From a virus (Duplodnaviria > Caudoviricetes), in the IMG/VR virus record IMGVR_UViG_3300025018_000064, positions 1 through 37,365 of that record: DNA of 37,365 bases. One strand, given 5' to 3'. Each line of letters begins with the position of its first letter. The first letter of the stretch is position 1. This document shows, piece after piece, positions 36,446 to 37,365 of the stretch. Under the pieces are notes generated by a model that was given only the letters and a program-made list of their open reading frames with translations, did not search any database and was not told the DNA's origin. Made by a program: the position numbers and the translations under genes.

Positions 36446-36718
36446 TTAATACTCCTCGATTTCTTCACGAACCGATAGACGAATAAGTTTTATTTTTTTA
36501 CCGCTTTCCTTGGCAATTTTTTTTGCTAATGGTTTAAGTGATTCCATCCGCGCTTTATCTGCACACACGAACGGCATAAAAACTGGTGCGCCCATCATTT
36601 GAATTGTTTGACCAACAATTCCTTCACCATCTTTATCTACGGAGACAAACACATATACTTGCTCAATTTTTAGTAACTCATTTTTATGGTTTAAATAGAC
36701 CTTTGTCATTTGTGACAT
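36446..36718 (-). CDS. Hypothetical protein
   Basis: TAAGG RBS; overlaps Cas4-like gene end. Confidence 0.7.
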   Translation of the reverse strand: MSQMTKVYLNHKNELLKIEQVYVFVSVDKDGEGIVGQTIQMMGAPVFMPFVCADKARMESLKPLAKKIAKESGKKIKLIRLSVREEIEEY

Positions 36719-37359
36719 ACCTTATTAAATTTACACATTTTGCACTGATACCACAAAGGTGAACCATTTATCTTTGGTGGTGCAGCATGTGCGTTTGCAA
36801 TCATTGAAGCCTTTTCTTGTAACTTTTGATAAAACACTTCGTCAAACAATACAATTTCATCTGAAATATCGCTGGTATCTTTGTTAAGCACTAAGATGTA
36901 CGCCCGATGTATACCACTCATCCCCATGTAGGTTTGGATTTGGGCATAATATTGTGGCTGCCATAGCTTTATACCCTTTTTAACAAAAATCACAAAGCTG
37001 GCATCTTTTGCGGTTTTTATTTCAAGAATCGCAAAAGGCTTTCCGTTTTTCATCCAAACAGAATCAAGGTGACCTCTAAAATAAGGCATATCATTTGCTA
37101 CTAAATCACCCCACGTCCTGGTAATGTCTAGCCCCGCTTCGGTGAGCCAATCTAAAATGGTACCCTCAAGCACTCTGCCAATCGTCCAGGTTCGACGCAT
37201 TTTTGTTGGCACTTGGGTTGCCTGAAATCCATTGTATTCATACCAAATCTGGCGTAAACAATCAGACCCAATCGTTGAAGCCCCGATATAGTCGCGGGTC
37301 TTTCGATCATCCCGCGACTGTATCTTTTCTATTTTTTTACTTAGTTCATTTTTACTCAC
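36706..37359 (-). CDS. Cas4-like PD-(D/E)XK exonuclease
   Basis: GAS.IG..C.R..WY, GHLD, EIKT, Q.Q.Y, C-terminal CKMC.....C (1+3 Cys arrangement). Confidence 0.85.
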   Translation of the reverse strand: MSKNELSKKIEKIQSRDDRKTRDYIGASTIGSDCLRQIWYEYNGFQATQVPTKMRRTWTIGRVLEGTILDWLTEAGLDITRTWGDLVANDMPYFRGHLDSVWMKNGKPFAILEIKTAKDASFVIFVKKGIKLWQPQYYAQIQTYMGMSGIHRAYILVLNKDTSDISDEIVLFDEVFYQKLQEKASMIANAHAAPPKINGSPLWYQCKMCKFNKVCHK

Positions 37360-37365
37360 TTGATG
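37239..37365. repeat. Terminal direct repeat, copy 2
   Basis: Identical to 1-127. Confidence 0.95.

Noticed and set aside
37239-37365. 127-bp repeat as biological terminal repeat or att site
   Set aside because: It cuts through a gene and equals a common assembler k-mer length; best read as circular overlap
1-37365. Alternative genetic code; specific host assignment
   Set aside because: Core genes are intact in the standard code with all three stops in use; host cannot be assigned without searches

Overview
The window appears to be the complete circular genome (37,238 bp unique) of a P22-like short-tailed dsDNA phage; bases 1-127 recur exactly at 37239-37365. The late block runs terS, terL, portal, scaffold, coat, head-tail proteins, three ejection proteins and tail fibres, followed by a cluster of tiny basic proteins and a GH24 lysozyme. 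The leftward early operon crosses the junction (AAA_24/Sak4-like ATPase, SSB-like protein, Cas4-like nuclease, SF2 helicase). I could not recognise an integrase or CI repressor. Instead there is an HTH replication initiator with an internal DnaA box and iterons, and a type Ib ParA plus small DNA-binding partner flanked by 8-bp-period repeat arrays, suggesting a phage-plasmid. The most unusual signals are non-coding: three tandem structured RNA domains after the par operon, two closed by tRNA-like 7-bp acceptor stems plus ACCA, and a separate ~250-nt structured RNA on the minus strand. Also noted: an Acb2/Tad1-like candidate, shared operator motifs, and ANGGA-loop RBS hairpins. All calls are from reading the sequence by eye; no searches or folding programs were run, and the host cannot be determined.
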